From the sequence record SRR31156797_212: a stretch of 64,000 nt of DNA; one strand, 5' to 3'. Positions 31,850-41,402 of this stretch are shown in pieces (the first letter of the stretch is position 1; the number at the start of each line of letters is the position of its first letter). A program made the position numbers and the translations under genes. The notes below the pieces were generated by a model. The model ran no database searches, had not been told where the DNA came from, and saw nothing but the letters and a program-made list of their open reading frames with translations.

Positions 31850-33433
31850 TTATTCTTTTACTTCTTCTAGTTTCTCCTTACTCCAAGGTACCAATTTCGA
31901 TTGGTAGTAGTTGATGTTTAGAATTTCGAATCGTTCCTGTTGTTTGCCCAAACGAACTTTATATTCGTCCCATGAGTTGTTCTCATCTGGCGACCAGCCC
32001 AATTCTGCATAACCCAACAGACGAGGGAAAACAAGGTATTCTATGTCGTCCATAGTTTCGATCGTTTCTGCCCAAAGTGGCGCTTCAATACCAATAATAT
32101 CTTCTTTGGCAATTCCTTCCACATTGCTTTCCAATGTCCAGTTGTATGCCTTATCTACCTCAAGGTATCCTGCCCAGTGCAATCCAAGCGGAGAAATTGA
32201 ATCGTACTGCATATCTAAATAGGCACGTGTTGCAGGAGACATTATAATCTTAACATTTTGCTTCACTGCCTTTAATGCATTTTTTGGTTTGGTTTGCCAA
32301 AACTGTGCTACCGAACTTTCGTCGAGTGTAGCAGCAGCCACATCGGCCCAACCCATCATTTTCTTGTTGTGAGATTGAACAATCTTCTGCACCTTATTCA
32401 CAAACTTAATGTAGTCCTTTTTCTTGGTAACATGCGATTCGTCGCCACCAATATGAATGTACTCACCCGGAGTAATGGCTGCCAATTCACGAATGACATC
32501 ATCAATAAATTTATAGGTAATCTCTTTATCCGTAGCCAAAGTACTAAAACCAACCCTTGTACCAGTATACAATTCGGTAGCTTTGCCATTAGCATTTAGT
32601 TCAGCATAGGAAGCCAATGCAGCATTGGTATGACCTGGCATATCAATTTCAGGAATAATGGTAATAAAACGATCCTGAGCATATTTTACAATCTCCTTGT
32701 ATTCTTCCTGAGTGTAAAATCCACCTTCACCGCCACCTACTTGAGTGCTTCCTCCAATTTCGGTAAGCTTAGGCCAGGATTTGATCTCAATTCTCCACCC
32801 CTGATCATCGGTAAGGTGCAAATGCAAAACATTCATTTTATAAGCAGCCAAATATTCGATGTATTGCTTTACATCTTCAACACTAAAGAAATGACGAACC
32901 ACATCTAACATGGCACCGCGGTATCCGTATTGCGGGGCATCATTAATGGTTCCGCTGGCAATTAGCCAAGGACCTTTCTGAAGTTTATCCGCTTCGATTT
33001 TAGCTGGCAATAACTGACGGATGGTTTGCACACCACGAAAGATACCTGCCGCTTGAAATGCCTCTAAAGTTATCTTTCTTGAATCGATACTTAGATTGTA
33101 ACCTTCTGCACCTAAATCTTTCTTATCCGGGTTGATAACTAAAGCAATTCCTCTGCTACCTACCGGTTTCTTTAATTCTTTGATTTTTGCTTTAAATCCT
33201 GTAGAAGGTTCAATTAATTCAGCAAGGTAATTAGCAATTTGCTTAAGTTCTTCGTTTCCTGTTTGAACCAAGATTTGAGTGTTTTTTGTCCATTCAAATG
33301 AACTTCCGGTTGCTGTAAGGCTAACTGGTTTTGGGATTAAGTTTTCTTTGCTCAAATCTTTGGGGATAGGTTTTGTACAAGAAAATAGCATAAGGCTAAG
33401 AGCTACTATTCCTATTTGTAAAGTTTTACTCAT
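31850..33433 (-). CDS. GH20 beta-N-acetylhexosaminidase, lipoprotein
   Basis: Lipobox LFSC; YRGAMLDVVRHF, HLHLTDDQGWR, PEIDMPGH, catalytic HIGGDE, PLWAE, FPRL. Confidence 0.95.
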   Translation of the reverse strand: MSKTLQIGIVALSLMLFSCTKPIPKDLSKENLIPKPVSLTATGSSFEWTKNTQILVQTGNEELKQIANYLAELIEPSTGFKAKIKELKKPVGSRGIALVINPDKKDLGAEGYNLSIDSRKITLEAFQAAGIFRGVQTIRQLLPAKIEADKLQKGPWLIASGTINDAPQYGYRGAMLDVVRHFFSVEDVKQYIEYLAAYKMNVLHLHLTDDQGWRIEIKSWPKLTEIGGSTQVGGGEGGFYTQEEYKEIVKYAQDRFITIIPEIDMPGHTNAALASYAELNANGKATELYTGTRVGFSTLATDKEITYKFIDDVIRELAAITPGEYIHIGGDESHVTKKKDYIKFVNKVQKIVQSHNKKMMGWADVAAATLDESSVAQFWQTKPKNALKAVKQNVKIIMSPATRAYLDMQYDSISPLGLHWAGYLEVDKAYNWTLESNVEGIAKEDIIGIEAPLWAETIETMDDIEYLVFPRLLGYAELGWSPDENNSWDEYKVRLGKQQERFEILNINYYQSKLVPWSKEKLEEVKE

Positions 33434-33522
33434 GGTATCGTATTTTGGTTTTTATTCAGTTTCGAAGAATTATACTAGTACTTGGAATTAAAAAACTAGA
33501 CTATTTAATGAACCAAATGCGC

Positions 33523-33558
33523 AAAAAAAATCGCAGTAAAGCAAGCCTTACCACGATT
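33523..33558 (-). terminator. Intrinsic terminator downstream of galE
   Basis: Minus strand aatcgtggtaaggc / gctttactgcgatt stem (with G-U pairs) followed by a T tract. Confidence 0.75.
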
Positions 33559-33567
33559 GTATATATT

Positions 33568-34599
33568 CTATTTTTCAGTCTCCATAATGTTCGTTTGCCA
33601 TTTCCAGGCAGAAGAGAGTGTTTCGTCCAGCGTACTTTGAGCTGTCCATCCTAACTCCTCGTTTGCAAAAGATGTATCGGCATATATCTGCTCGATATCA
33701 CCTGCTCGGCGATCAACTATCTTATGAGGAACTTTCTCTCCTGTTGCTCTCTCGAATGATTCAATAATTTCAAGTACTGAAACTCCGTTTCCAGTTCCAA
33801 CATTAAAATACTCGTAGTTTCCTTTGTTCTTATCGTTTAACAATCTTTCGATTGCAACTACATGTGCTTTTGCTAAATCAACTACATGAATGTAATCGCG
33901 AATGGCTGATCCGTCAGGTGTATTGTAATCGTCACCAAAAACACTTAGCTCTGGTCTGATACCTGCAACTGTTTGTGTTAAAAATGGAATTAGATTGTTA
34001 GGTACTCCCAATGGCAACTCACCAATTTTAGCTGTTGCATGCGCTCCAATCGGATTGAAATATCTTAAGGCAATTCCTTTTAGTTCTTTATTTGCACCAA
34101 CTGTATCGCGAATGATATCTTCACAGATACTTTTGGTATTTCCATAAGGCGATTCTGCTTCCTTACGAGGTGTTTGTTCGGTTACCGGAAGTTGATCAGG
34201 CTGACCATAAACAGTACATGATGATGAGAAAACCAGATTATTGACCTTAAATTTGCTCATGCATTCCATGATATTCATAAGTGAATTCAAGTTGTTACTG
34301 TAATACATCAAAGGTTTCTCCACCGATTCACCAACAGCTTTTGATGCAGCGAAATGAATAATCGCATCTAGCTTAGTATATTCTTTGAAGAAAGATTTCA
34401 CTTTGTTTTTATCCGTTAAATCAAATTCTTCAAACTTTGGCCGCTTGCCTGTAATCTCTTCAATTTGATCTAAAACCTCAATCTTAGAATTGGAAAGATT
34501 ATCAACAATTACAACTTCGTATCCACTGTTCTGCAACTCTACAACTGTATGAGAGCCAATAAATCCTGTACCACCTGTAACAAGTATCTGTTTTGCCAT
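33568..34599 (-). CDS. galE: UDP-glucose/UDP-GlcNAc 4-epimerase
   Basis: TGGTGFIGSHT, IHFAASKAVGES, FSSSCTVYG, YGNTK catalytic YxxxK, LRYFNP, RDYIHVVDLA. Confidence 0.96.
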   Translation of the reverse strand: MAKQILVTGGTGFIGSHTVVELQNSGYEVVIVDNLSNSKIEVLDQIEEITGKRPKFEEFDLTDKNKVKSFFKEYTKLDAIIHFAASKAVGESVEKPLMYYSNNLNSLMNIMECMSKFKVNNLVFSSSCTVYGQPDQLPVTEQTPRKEAESPYGNTKSICEDIIRDTVGANKELKGIALRYFNPIGAHATAKIGELPLGVPNNLIPFLTQTVAGIRPELSVFGDDYNTPDGSAIRDYIHVVDLAKAHVVAIERLLNDKNKGNYEYFNVGTGNGVSVLEIIESFERATGEKVPHKIVDRRAGDIEQIYADTSFANEELGWTAQSTLDETLSSAWKWQTNIMETEK

Positions 34600-34656
34600 T
34601 ATTCTTCTGCTTTTATATCGAGTATTATAAAACTTAATCGTATTAAATTCCTTTTA

Positions 34657-35616
34657 TTACAAAGATAACTGATCGTTCCAAATTAATGCAGCTGATCCTA
34701 AAATTGCAGCATCCTCTCCCAACTGAGAAGGCAACAAATCGATCTTATCTTTGTAAAGAAAAAGGATGTTCTTTTGCATGGCTTCACGAACCGGATCAAA
34801 TAGTAAATCTCCGGCTTTTGCCAAACCACCAAAAAAGAAAATTGCCCTCGGACTGGTTACCGATGCGACATTAGCCAAAGCTTCGCCCAACATTTTTCCT
34901 GTGTAAGCAAAAATCTCCATGGCTAATAAATCACCTTCATTTGCAGCATCTGCAACCATTTTTGCAGTCAATTGATTGAATGGAACATCTCGCAAAGAAC
35001 TATTTCCCATGTGTTTTGCCAGCATTTTATATGCTGTTCTTTTTACTCCTGTTGCCGACACATAAGTTTCCAAACATCCTCTTCGCCCACATCCACATTC
35101 TCTTCCTCCCGGACGCATGATAATGTGTCCTACTTCACCTGCAAATCCATCATGTCCATAAAGTAGGTCGCCATTCACAACAATACCGCTACCTAAACCT
35201 GTTCCAAGAGTAATTACCATGAAATCACTCATGTCTTTTGCACCACCAAACATTCTTTCGCCCAAAGCTGCAGCATTGGCATCATTAGTTACTTTTACCG
35301 GAACATTTAAGGCATTAGATAATGTCTCGGCAATTGGCAAACTGCCCTTCCAACGAAGGTTAGCTGCATCTTCTATTGTTCCTGTTCTGAAATTTGCATT
35401 TGGAGCACCAACACCTACGCCTATTAATTGAACAGGTTCACTTATCGTCTTTAATGCCTCTCCAATTTCAGCCAATAAATCCTTGCAATAATCTTCAAAT
35501 GTTTCTCTGGTTTGAGTTGGGATACTTCCACCAAATAACGATTTTCCGCTATTGTCGATACATCCGAAAACGGTATTTGTACCTCCTATATCTATTCCTA
35601 ATGCAATTTTAATCAT
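34657..35616 (-). CDS. ROK family sugar kinase (glucokinase/GlcNAc kinase-like)
   Basis: GIDIGGT ATP motif, NDANAAALGE, TLGTGLGSG, GEVGH...CGCGRRGCLE; no HTH; ATG at 35616 preferred over GTG at 35640. Confidence 0.9.
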   Translation of the reverse strand: MIKIALGIDIGGTNTVFGCIDNSGKSLFGGSIPTQTRETFEDYCKDLLAEIGEALKTISEPVQLIGVGVGAPNANFRTGTIEDAANLRWKGSLPIAETLSNALNVPVKVTNDANAAALGERMFGGAKDMSDFMVITLGTGLGSGIVVNGDLLYGHDGFAGEVGHIIMRPGGRECGCGRRGCLETYVSATGVKRTAYKMLAKHMGNSSLRDVPFNQLTAKMVADAANEGDLLAMEIFAYTGKMLGEALANVASVTSPRAIFFFGGLAKAGDLLFDPVREAMQKNILFLYKDKIDLLPSQLGEDAAILGSAALIWNDQLSL

Positions 35617-35687
35617 TATTTTCTCAATGTCTTTTCTCACTTTTGTTCAATACTTCAGAACAAGAGCTAAGTTCTCTTTAAAGCTAC

Positions 35688-36329
35688 TTATTCTAAAATC
35701 AGTTTACCAAAGGATGATGGTATATGAAAATCAGGCTCTGGAACCTCTGGATTTACCCAAGAAATCCATCTCAATTCAGCCTCTTTCTGATCAGCAGGTA
35801 ACTTCATACAGTAGCCTCTATACAAGCCTGCTTCTAAAAGATTGTCTTTTAACAAACCTAAATTCTCTAATGAGGATAGATTGATAAAGCCTTCTACTAC
35901 ATATCCTTTCCCATTCTTAGATGCTTTTACCTCCATATTTTCGGCTAGCCATTCCCAATTAAAATCAAAATCCCGATAATAATTCGCTTTATAATCCAGC
36001 ACTCTTGCATGGGCATCCATCTCCAAACAGTAGTAAGGAGTTAAGTTCTCATCTTTTCTGAAAAATATTTCCACACGATCCGAGTCAACCACCTCCATTT
36101 TATGGTTCTGATCAACAAATGTAAGTACATTTTTATCTTCTACATCAAATCTAAAATAAAATTTCTTATCGTCATGTAAAGCTCTAAATGATGTAAGCGG
36201 AGCTTTAAACTCCTCCCAAGGATAGTTAAATTCGGTATTTACATTGGCCATATCCCAAACAGGGTGCATTTTATCTCCTGATATTTCCAAAATATCAGAC
36301 TTAATTCTTTTTACGATATATTCCTTCAT
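35688..36329 (-). CDS. CBM9-like/DOMON-fold sugar-binding domain protein, no signal peptide
   Basis: T.FRALHD...FYFRFDVED, DSDRVEIF, YYCLEMD, GYVVEG.I, GLYR, W...PEPDFH..FG pattern recognised as CBM9-like; ATG at 36329. Confidence 0.65.
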   Translation of the reverse strand: MKEYIVKRIKSDILEISGDKMHPVWDMANVNTEFNYPWEEFKAPLTSFRALHDDKKFYFRFDVEDKNVLTFVDQNHKMEVVDSDRVEIFFRKDENLTPYYCLEMDAHARVLDYKANYYRDFDFNWEWLAENMEVKASKNGKGYVVEGFINLSSLENLGLLKDNLLEAGLYRGYCMKLPADQKEAELRWISWVNPEVPEPDFHIPSSFGKLILE

Positions 36330-36337
36330 CAACTAAG

Positions 36338-36373
36338 AAAAAAAAGGGCCGAAGGATAAGAATCCTCCGACCC
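36338..36373 (-). terminator. Intrinsic terminator after the nagB-like gene
   Basis: Minus strand gggtcggaggat-tctt-atccttcggccc followed by T8. Confidence 0.8.
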
Positions 36374-36394
36374 AGAGGTATTTATGTGTGGTAC

Positions 36395-38722
36395 TTAAAA
36401 CGGATTTTCTTCAACTGCTTTTTCCAAGTCTTGTGCCATTGCAACGAATTCATCGGCAGTCATTTCTTTCATGTAAACCAAACCATGAGTAGCTCTTACC
36501 AATGGGTGATTGTTCTCGTAAAAGAAATTCTTACCTAATAACAATTGAATTTGCTTTAATTGTTGAACCCAAACCTTTTGAGTCAACTCATTAAATTTGC
36601 CATCGTACTCGTAACTTGGGAAAGATGCATTTACCTGACTCATGTAACTTTCGGTAAATGAATTTTCCAATACATCTAATGCATTTAATGATACTGGCAC
36701 AATGGTATCGGCTTCAGCTGGATGATACTTAAACCAAACATTACGATAGCCAATAATTCGTAATTTCGATAAATCTTCTTCCTCTTTCCACTCTTTAACA
36801 GCTCCTGCAATTGCTTGCAAAACTTTATAGTGAGTATCAGGACCACTTCCTTCAGGATCCATAGCCAAACTGATAATACTTGGCTTGTGCTTTCTAAATT
36901 CTTCCAAAACAGGAAGCATATCTCTATTCTTCTCAGGTAATTCTGTAAATACATCACCTTTGTAGAATCCAAGACGTAAATGATGAATATTTTTAACCGG
37001 AGTTCCAAAGTGAGCCCAAACTAGCTCTTCTTCAAACTCACGAATCATTCCTTTCATTTTCTGAACCTCAGGAGAATTCTTTCCTCCATCGTAACTACTT
37101 TCCAAATCGTTAATGATAAAAGCAATAGTTTCATTCAGGTGCTCTTTATTTTTAACTTTCCAGGTTTCAACAATAGAACGAATTACACGGTGGCAAAGAC
37201 CCCTTCTCTTTCCATTAGCATTTCTTGCTGCAACAGAATTCAAGAAGTGATAAACATCCTTGTCCCACTTCTTGCTATATCCAATCTCGAAGAAATCAGG
37301 ATACTCCAGCATTTGGATTGCACCATTGGCAATAAACTCCTGACACTCTTTCAATACACCAATAACAAAACCATTGGTTACTGCTGTAAATCCAGAAGTA
37401 AGTACTGAGAAGTGAATATCATTACTTGCCGAACGCATCTGACGATTTGTATAAGGCATCATTCCCAACATGATATCATCGTGGTGAGGTCCTGTATGAT
37501 AAATCACCTCATTGGTATCAGGTTTCATTCCTTTTTCCAGCTTCCCTTTAATAGAATCGATAACTGTTTGAACAGTCCCTTCATTTAAATTTGGAATTTG
37601 GCTAGTATATGGATCGGCTTTTAGATCTTCCATTGTTAAATGGTGACCATACTTATTTATCTTCTTACAAAGATCAATTACAGATCTTTCAGATTTAGCA
37701 TGAGACCAATCTCCTTTTTTGTAAAACTGATCTACACTATCAGTCAACTTGCAAGCTGCACCTGTAGTCAGGTAAAAACGGCTATTTTTCTGACGTTGTA
37801 GAACCGAAGCAGGATAAACCGCATCTGGCTTACTTTCCAATGAACCTTTAACAATATCTGCTTTAGCTTCACCCGCGGCAAATATGATTGAAACAGCATC
37901 CGGATCGTGAGTAATTGTATCTAAACCAATGGTAATCACCAAACGATTTCTTGATACCTCGATACCACCTAAGTCACCAGCGGCAACTGCTTGTGTTTCA
38001 AAATTGGTTTTAGTTAATCGTGTTGTAGAGTAATGATCTGAGCCACGCGTATTAAAGGCAATGTGACCATCAGGTCCAATTCCTCCAAGGAAAAAACCAA
38101 TTCCTCCTTTATCGCGAATCTGCTGTTCGTAAGAAGTACACCAATTGTCAATCATGAAAATTGATTTTTGCTGCATTTCTTCGACAACGCTTGTAGCCTC
38201 GCGATAACGTAGAGACAAATCAATATTGTAATCAGGGAAAACTTCCAAAAAGTGCTTGTTATCCACCAATGGAATTTCCTCTGAATTAATAAGTAATGAA
38301 TTGGATTTCTCCAAGCCAAAACCATCAATGTAGTACTTCATCACATAGTTGTAGAAACTATTGTGCTGACGTGGATCAATTGGGTAAAACTCATCGATCT
38401 GAACAAACTGCAATCCTCTTAAATCTGGTTTAGCCATATTCCCCAATCCGTATTGTCCACGGATATCCATACCTTTGGCATTGTTCCAGTTCTCTAAAAG
38501 ATACTGTGTGTACTTGATAAAATACTCAGGTGTTTTACCTGTTGGCAAACTGATTACCCCCTGAGGATTTTGCTCTGTCCACTCCAAAAATCGAAGTGAA
38601 GTCATTAAACCCAATTTTGGGAAATTATCAACTGTTACATAAGGTATTTGAGTTGTAATTTCCGGCACTCCTGATAAATCATGAAATGCTTGCTCTACTT
38701 TTGATGTAAATAATGTTCCCAT
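36395..38722 (-). CDS. nagB: Glucosamine-6-phosphate deaminase-like domain fused to a PIG-L/LmbE-like deacetylase domain
   Basis: N-terminal half: SLPTGKTP, QIDEFY, LGGIGPDGHIAFN, ITIGL, GEAKA, PASVLQ; C-terminal half: GPHHDDIMLG, R..E, GPDTH. Confidence 0.8.
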   Translation of the reverse strand: MGTLFTSKVEQAFHDLSGVPEITTQIPYVTVDNFPKLGLMTSLRFLEWTEQNPQGVISLPTGKTPEYFIKYTQYLLENWNNAKGMDIRGQYGLGNMAKPDLRGLQFVQIDEFYPIDPRQHNSFYNYVMKYYIDGFGLEKSNSLLINSEEIPLVDNKHFLEVFPDYNIDLSLRYREATSVVEEMQQKSIFMIDNWCTSYEQQIRDKGGIGFFLGGIGPDGHIAFNTRGSDHYSTTRLTKTNFETQAVAAGDLGGIEVSRNRLVITIGLDTITHDPDAVSIIFAAGEAKADIVKGSLESKPDAVYPASVLQRQKNSRFYLTTGAACKLTDSVDQFYKKGDWSHAKSERSVIDLCKKINKYGHHLTMEDLKADPYTSQIPNLNEGTVQTVIDSIKGKLEKGMKPDTNEVIYHTGPHHDDIMLGMMPYTNRQMRSASNDIHFSVLTSGFTAVTNGFVIGVLKECQEFIANGAIQMLEYPDFFEIGYSKKWDKDVYHFLNSVAARNANGKRRGLCHRVIRSIVETWKVKNKEHLNETIAFIINDLESSYDGGKNSPEVQKMKGMIREFEEELVWAHFGTPVKNIHHLRLGFYKGDVFTELPEKNRDMLPVLEEFRKHKPSIISLAMDPEGSGPDTHYKVLQAIAGAVKEWKEEEDLSKLRIIGYRNVWFKYHPAEADTIVPVSLNALDVLENSFTESYMSQVNASFPSYEYDGKFNELTQKVWVQQLKQIQLLLGKNFFYENNHPLVRATHGLVYMKEMTADEFVAMAQDLEKAVEENPF

Positions 38723-38851
38723 TTTCTTTTTTATTTCTATAATCTCTAAACCTTACTCGTTTAAAACCTGCAGTTTAAAAGAAACTACCTATTTTAAAAT
38801 TCGCTACCACACGATTAAATACCGGGTCTGGTATCAGAAATAAAATTCTAA

Positions 38852-39955
38852 TTACACTGACAATTCTTTGCTATATTCAATAACCACTTGCTTCATTTGC
38901 TTGAACTGATCTTCCACACTTCTCAACAGTTTGTATTGAGCATGAGTTCTTATCAAGTTGTGCTGTGGCGATTTAATTTTATAATATTGATCTCCGTTGA
39001 TGTAATCCATCAAAAATCGAAGAACTTGTTCAAAGGTGATGTATCTCGCAGAAAATGCCAGATACTCCAACTCTGTATTGGTTAAAAATGAGACTGTTTC
39101 TTCCAAATATCCTTTGGTATAAGCTTTGAATATTTCCATATCCATACTTACATTTTCCAGATTCTCGTCATCTTCCAATCCTGTATTTGTGTAGGATCTC
39201 ATAGCATCGCCATAATCGTTTAGTACGGTACTATTCAATACTGTATCCAAATCGATTACACACAAATCATTACCATCCTTATCGAAAAGAATATTGTTGA
39301 TTTTGGTATCGTTATGAGTTACTCTTGAAGGTATTCTACCATCCTCTACCAACTCCCAAAACTCAAGCATCTCAGCTCTTCTCTCCTCAATCCAGGAAAT
39401 CTCTTTAGCTAAATCTTTCTTTCTGTTTACAGGATCTGATTCTAAAATCTCATCCCACTGTTCAAATCGAAATCGGATGTTGTGAAAGCCTGGTAAAATA
39501 TCTACCAAAGGTTCTTTCATATCCGCCAACATCGCCTGAAATTTTCCTATTCCTTTTCCTCCTGCATAAGCCAATTCAGGACTATCTGCCGATTCATAAG
39601 TGATATTATCCTTGATAAAAAGGCAAAGTGTCCAAAAATCTCCTTCCTCATCCTGGAAATAAGGATTTCCATTCTCCACTTCAATAATTGTCATTGCCTC
39701 ACGACTTGGATCTCCTCCAGCAATTTCAATTTTTGATTTAAGATGTGCCGATACTTTTTGGATATTCCTCATCATTCCGGGAACATCCTTAAAAATATTT
39801 TTATTTTTTCTCTGAAAAAGATAATCAGGATCGTCTTGAGCCTTGGTCTTCACCAAAAAAGTATCATTGATGAATCCCTCTCCCAATGGTTGAATGGTTT
39901 CAACCGTTCCTTCAGTCTTAAACTTCGATACTATTGTATATAAGTTCTTGTTCAT
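38852..39955 (-). CDS. APH/choline-kinase-fold phosphotransferase, N-acetylhexosamine 1-kinase (NahK)-like
   Basis: GEGFINDTF, RVTHNDTKINNILF, VIDLDTV, DYGDAMR, RFLMDYINGD.YYKI, HNLIR - NahK/LnpB-type signature. Confidence 0.85.
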   Translation of the reverse strand: MNKNLYTIVSKFKTEGTVETIQPLGEGFINDTFLVKTKAQDDPDYLFQRKNKNIFKDVPGMMRNIQKVSAHLKSKIEIAGGDPSREAMTIIEVENGNPYFQDEEGDFWTLCLFIKDNITYESADSPELAYAGGKGIGKFQAMLADMKEPLVDILPGFHNIRFRFEQWDEILESDPVNRKKDLAKEISWIEERRAEMLEFWELVEDGRIPSRVTHNDTKINNILFDKDGNDLCVIDLDTVLNSTVLNDYGDAMRSYTNTGLEDDENLENVSMDMEIFKAYTKGYLEETVSFLTNTELEYLAFSARYITFEQVLRFLMDYINGDQYYKIKSPQHNLIRTHAQYKLLRSVEDQFKQMKQVVIEYSKELSV

Positions 39956-39991
39956 TTGATCTTAATAATTCTGGATGTGACTAAAGAAAAA

Positions 39992-40033
39992 TTCTGCAAT
40001 TCCAATGGTATTACCAACATTACAATTGCAGAA
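39992..40033 (-). terminator. Hairpin/terminator after the MFS transporter
   Basis: ttctgcaatt / aattgcagaa inverted repeat followed on the minus strand by tttttcttt. Confidence 0.55.
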
Positions 40034-40042
40034 CTGTATTCT

Positions 40043-41356
40043 TTATTTTCCTAATTCTGCACTTGTTTCATTACTATTTACACCACCTGGTTTCCAAGAG
40101 CGTATTTTATATCCCTTAACGGCATAGAAAAAGATGAACATGTAACATGGAACAACAACCCAATAGGCTTGTTGTGTGCTAAATACATCAGATAAACGTC
40201 CCCATATTAATGGTAAAATTGCACCACCCGAAATTGCCATTACCAATAAGGCTGAACCTGTATTGATAAAACTACCTAAGCCAGATAGAGCAAGAGGCCA
40301 AATTGCAGGCCAAACCAAAGCGTTTGCCAATCCGAACATTGCTACAAAAATCACGGAAGTTATTCCTGAAGTGAATATTGCTCCAAATGCAAATAAAATA
40401 CCTAAAACAGCAGATACTTTAAGAGCAAAACGCTGATCAATTACTTTAGGTATAAGTGTTACTCCCAATAAATAACCAACAACCATTGTTACCATAGTGT
40501 ATGATGTAAATGCTTTTGCCGTATCCAATTCGATACCTAATGAAAGTCCATAATTAATTATTGTATCACCAGCAATCACCTCGGCTCCTACATAAAAGAA
40601 CAACGCAAGAACTCCCAAAATAAGGTGAGGGAATGCCATAATTGAATTCTTCTTTTTCTCGCCATTTTCCGCTTTTGCATCTTCCTCATTTGTTTCAATT
40701 TCAGGAAGCGGAGCCAAACGAACACCAATTCCCATCACAACCAAAACAATAGTCATTACGATATATGGATTGATTACTCTGGCAGCTAATGAATCCAATG
40801 CTGCAACACGTGCAGTTGCATCCATTGCTTTCAAACTTTCAACAAAAGCATCACCATCGTTAAGAATGTAGTAAGCTAAAATTAGTGGAGCCATTGCACC
40901 TGCAAACTTGTTACAGATACCTAAAATACTGATTCTTCGAGCGGCACTTTCTTTAGGTCCAATAATGGTAACATAAGGATTCGAGGCTGTTTGCAATAAT
41001 GCTAATCCGGTTCCCATTACGAACAATCCGGTTAAGAAAACACTAAAAGTTCTCGACATGGCAGCAGGAATAAATATCATAGTACCAACGGCCATAACCA
41101 ATAATCCAACCATCATACCATTCTTAAAGCCCGTTTTCTTCAAAACCCAGGCTGATGGTAAAGCCATAATCGTATAAGCGATATAAAATGCAAATGCTAC
41201 AAATAATGCCTGGAAATCGGTTAGCTGACAAGCTATTTTCAAGTATGGAATTAATATCCCATTCAACCAGGTTACAAAACCGAAAATAAAGAACAATGCT
41301 CCAATGATAATCATTGGTAGAATAAAGTTCTTAAATGAAGATTTAGAAGTACTCAT
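40043..41356 (-). CDS. MFS sugar:H+ symporter, FucP/GluP (NagP-like) family
   Basis: LFFIFGFVTWLN, LLQTASNPYV..IGP..SAARR, FFYVGAEV, ANALVWPAIWPLAL, LVMAISGGA; about 12 hydrophobic segments. Confidence 0.92.
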   Translation of the reverse strand: MSTSKSSFKNFILPMIIIGALFFIFGFVTWLNGILIPYLKIACQLTDFQALFVAFAFYIAYTIMALPSAWVLKKTGFKNGMMVGLLVMAVGTMIFIPAAMSRTFSVFLTGLFVMGTGLALLQTASNPYVTIIGPKESAARRISILGICNKFAGAMAPLILAYYILNDGDAFVESLKAMDATARVAALDSLAARVINPYIVMTIVLVVMGIGVRLAPLPEIETNEEDAKAENGEKKKNSIMAFPHLILGVLALFFYVGAEVIAGDTIINYGLSLGIELDTAKAFTSYTMVTMVVGYLLGVTLIPKVIDQRFALKVSAVLGILFAFGAIFTSGITSVIFVAMFGLANALVWPAIWPLALSGLGSFINTGSALLVMAISGGAILPLIWGRLSDVFSTQQAYWVVVPCYMFIFFYAVKGYKIRSWKPGGVNSNETSAELGK

Positions 41357-41402
41357 GTTGGTTTAAGTTTTAAAAATCAATCTTTTACAATAGATTATTT
41401 CG

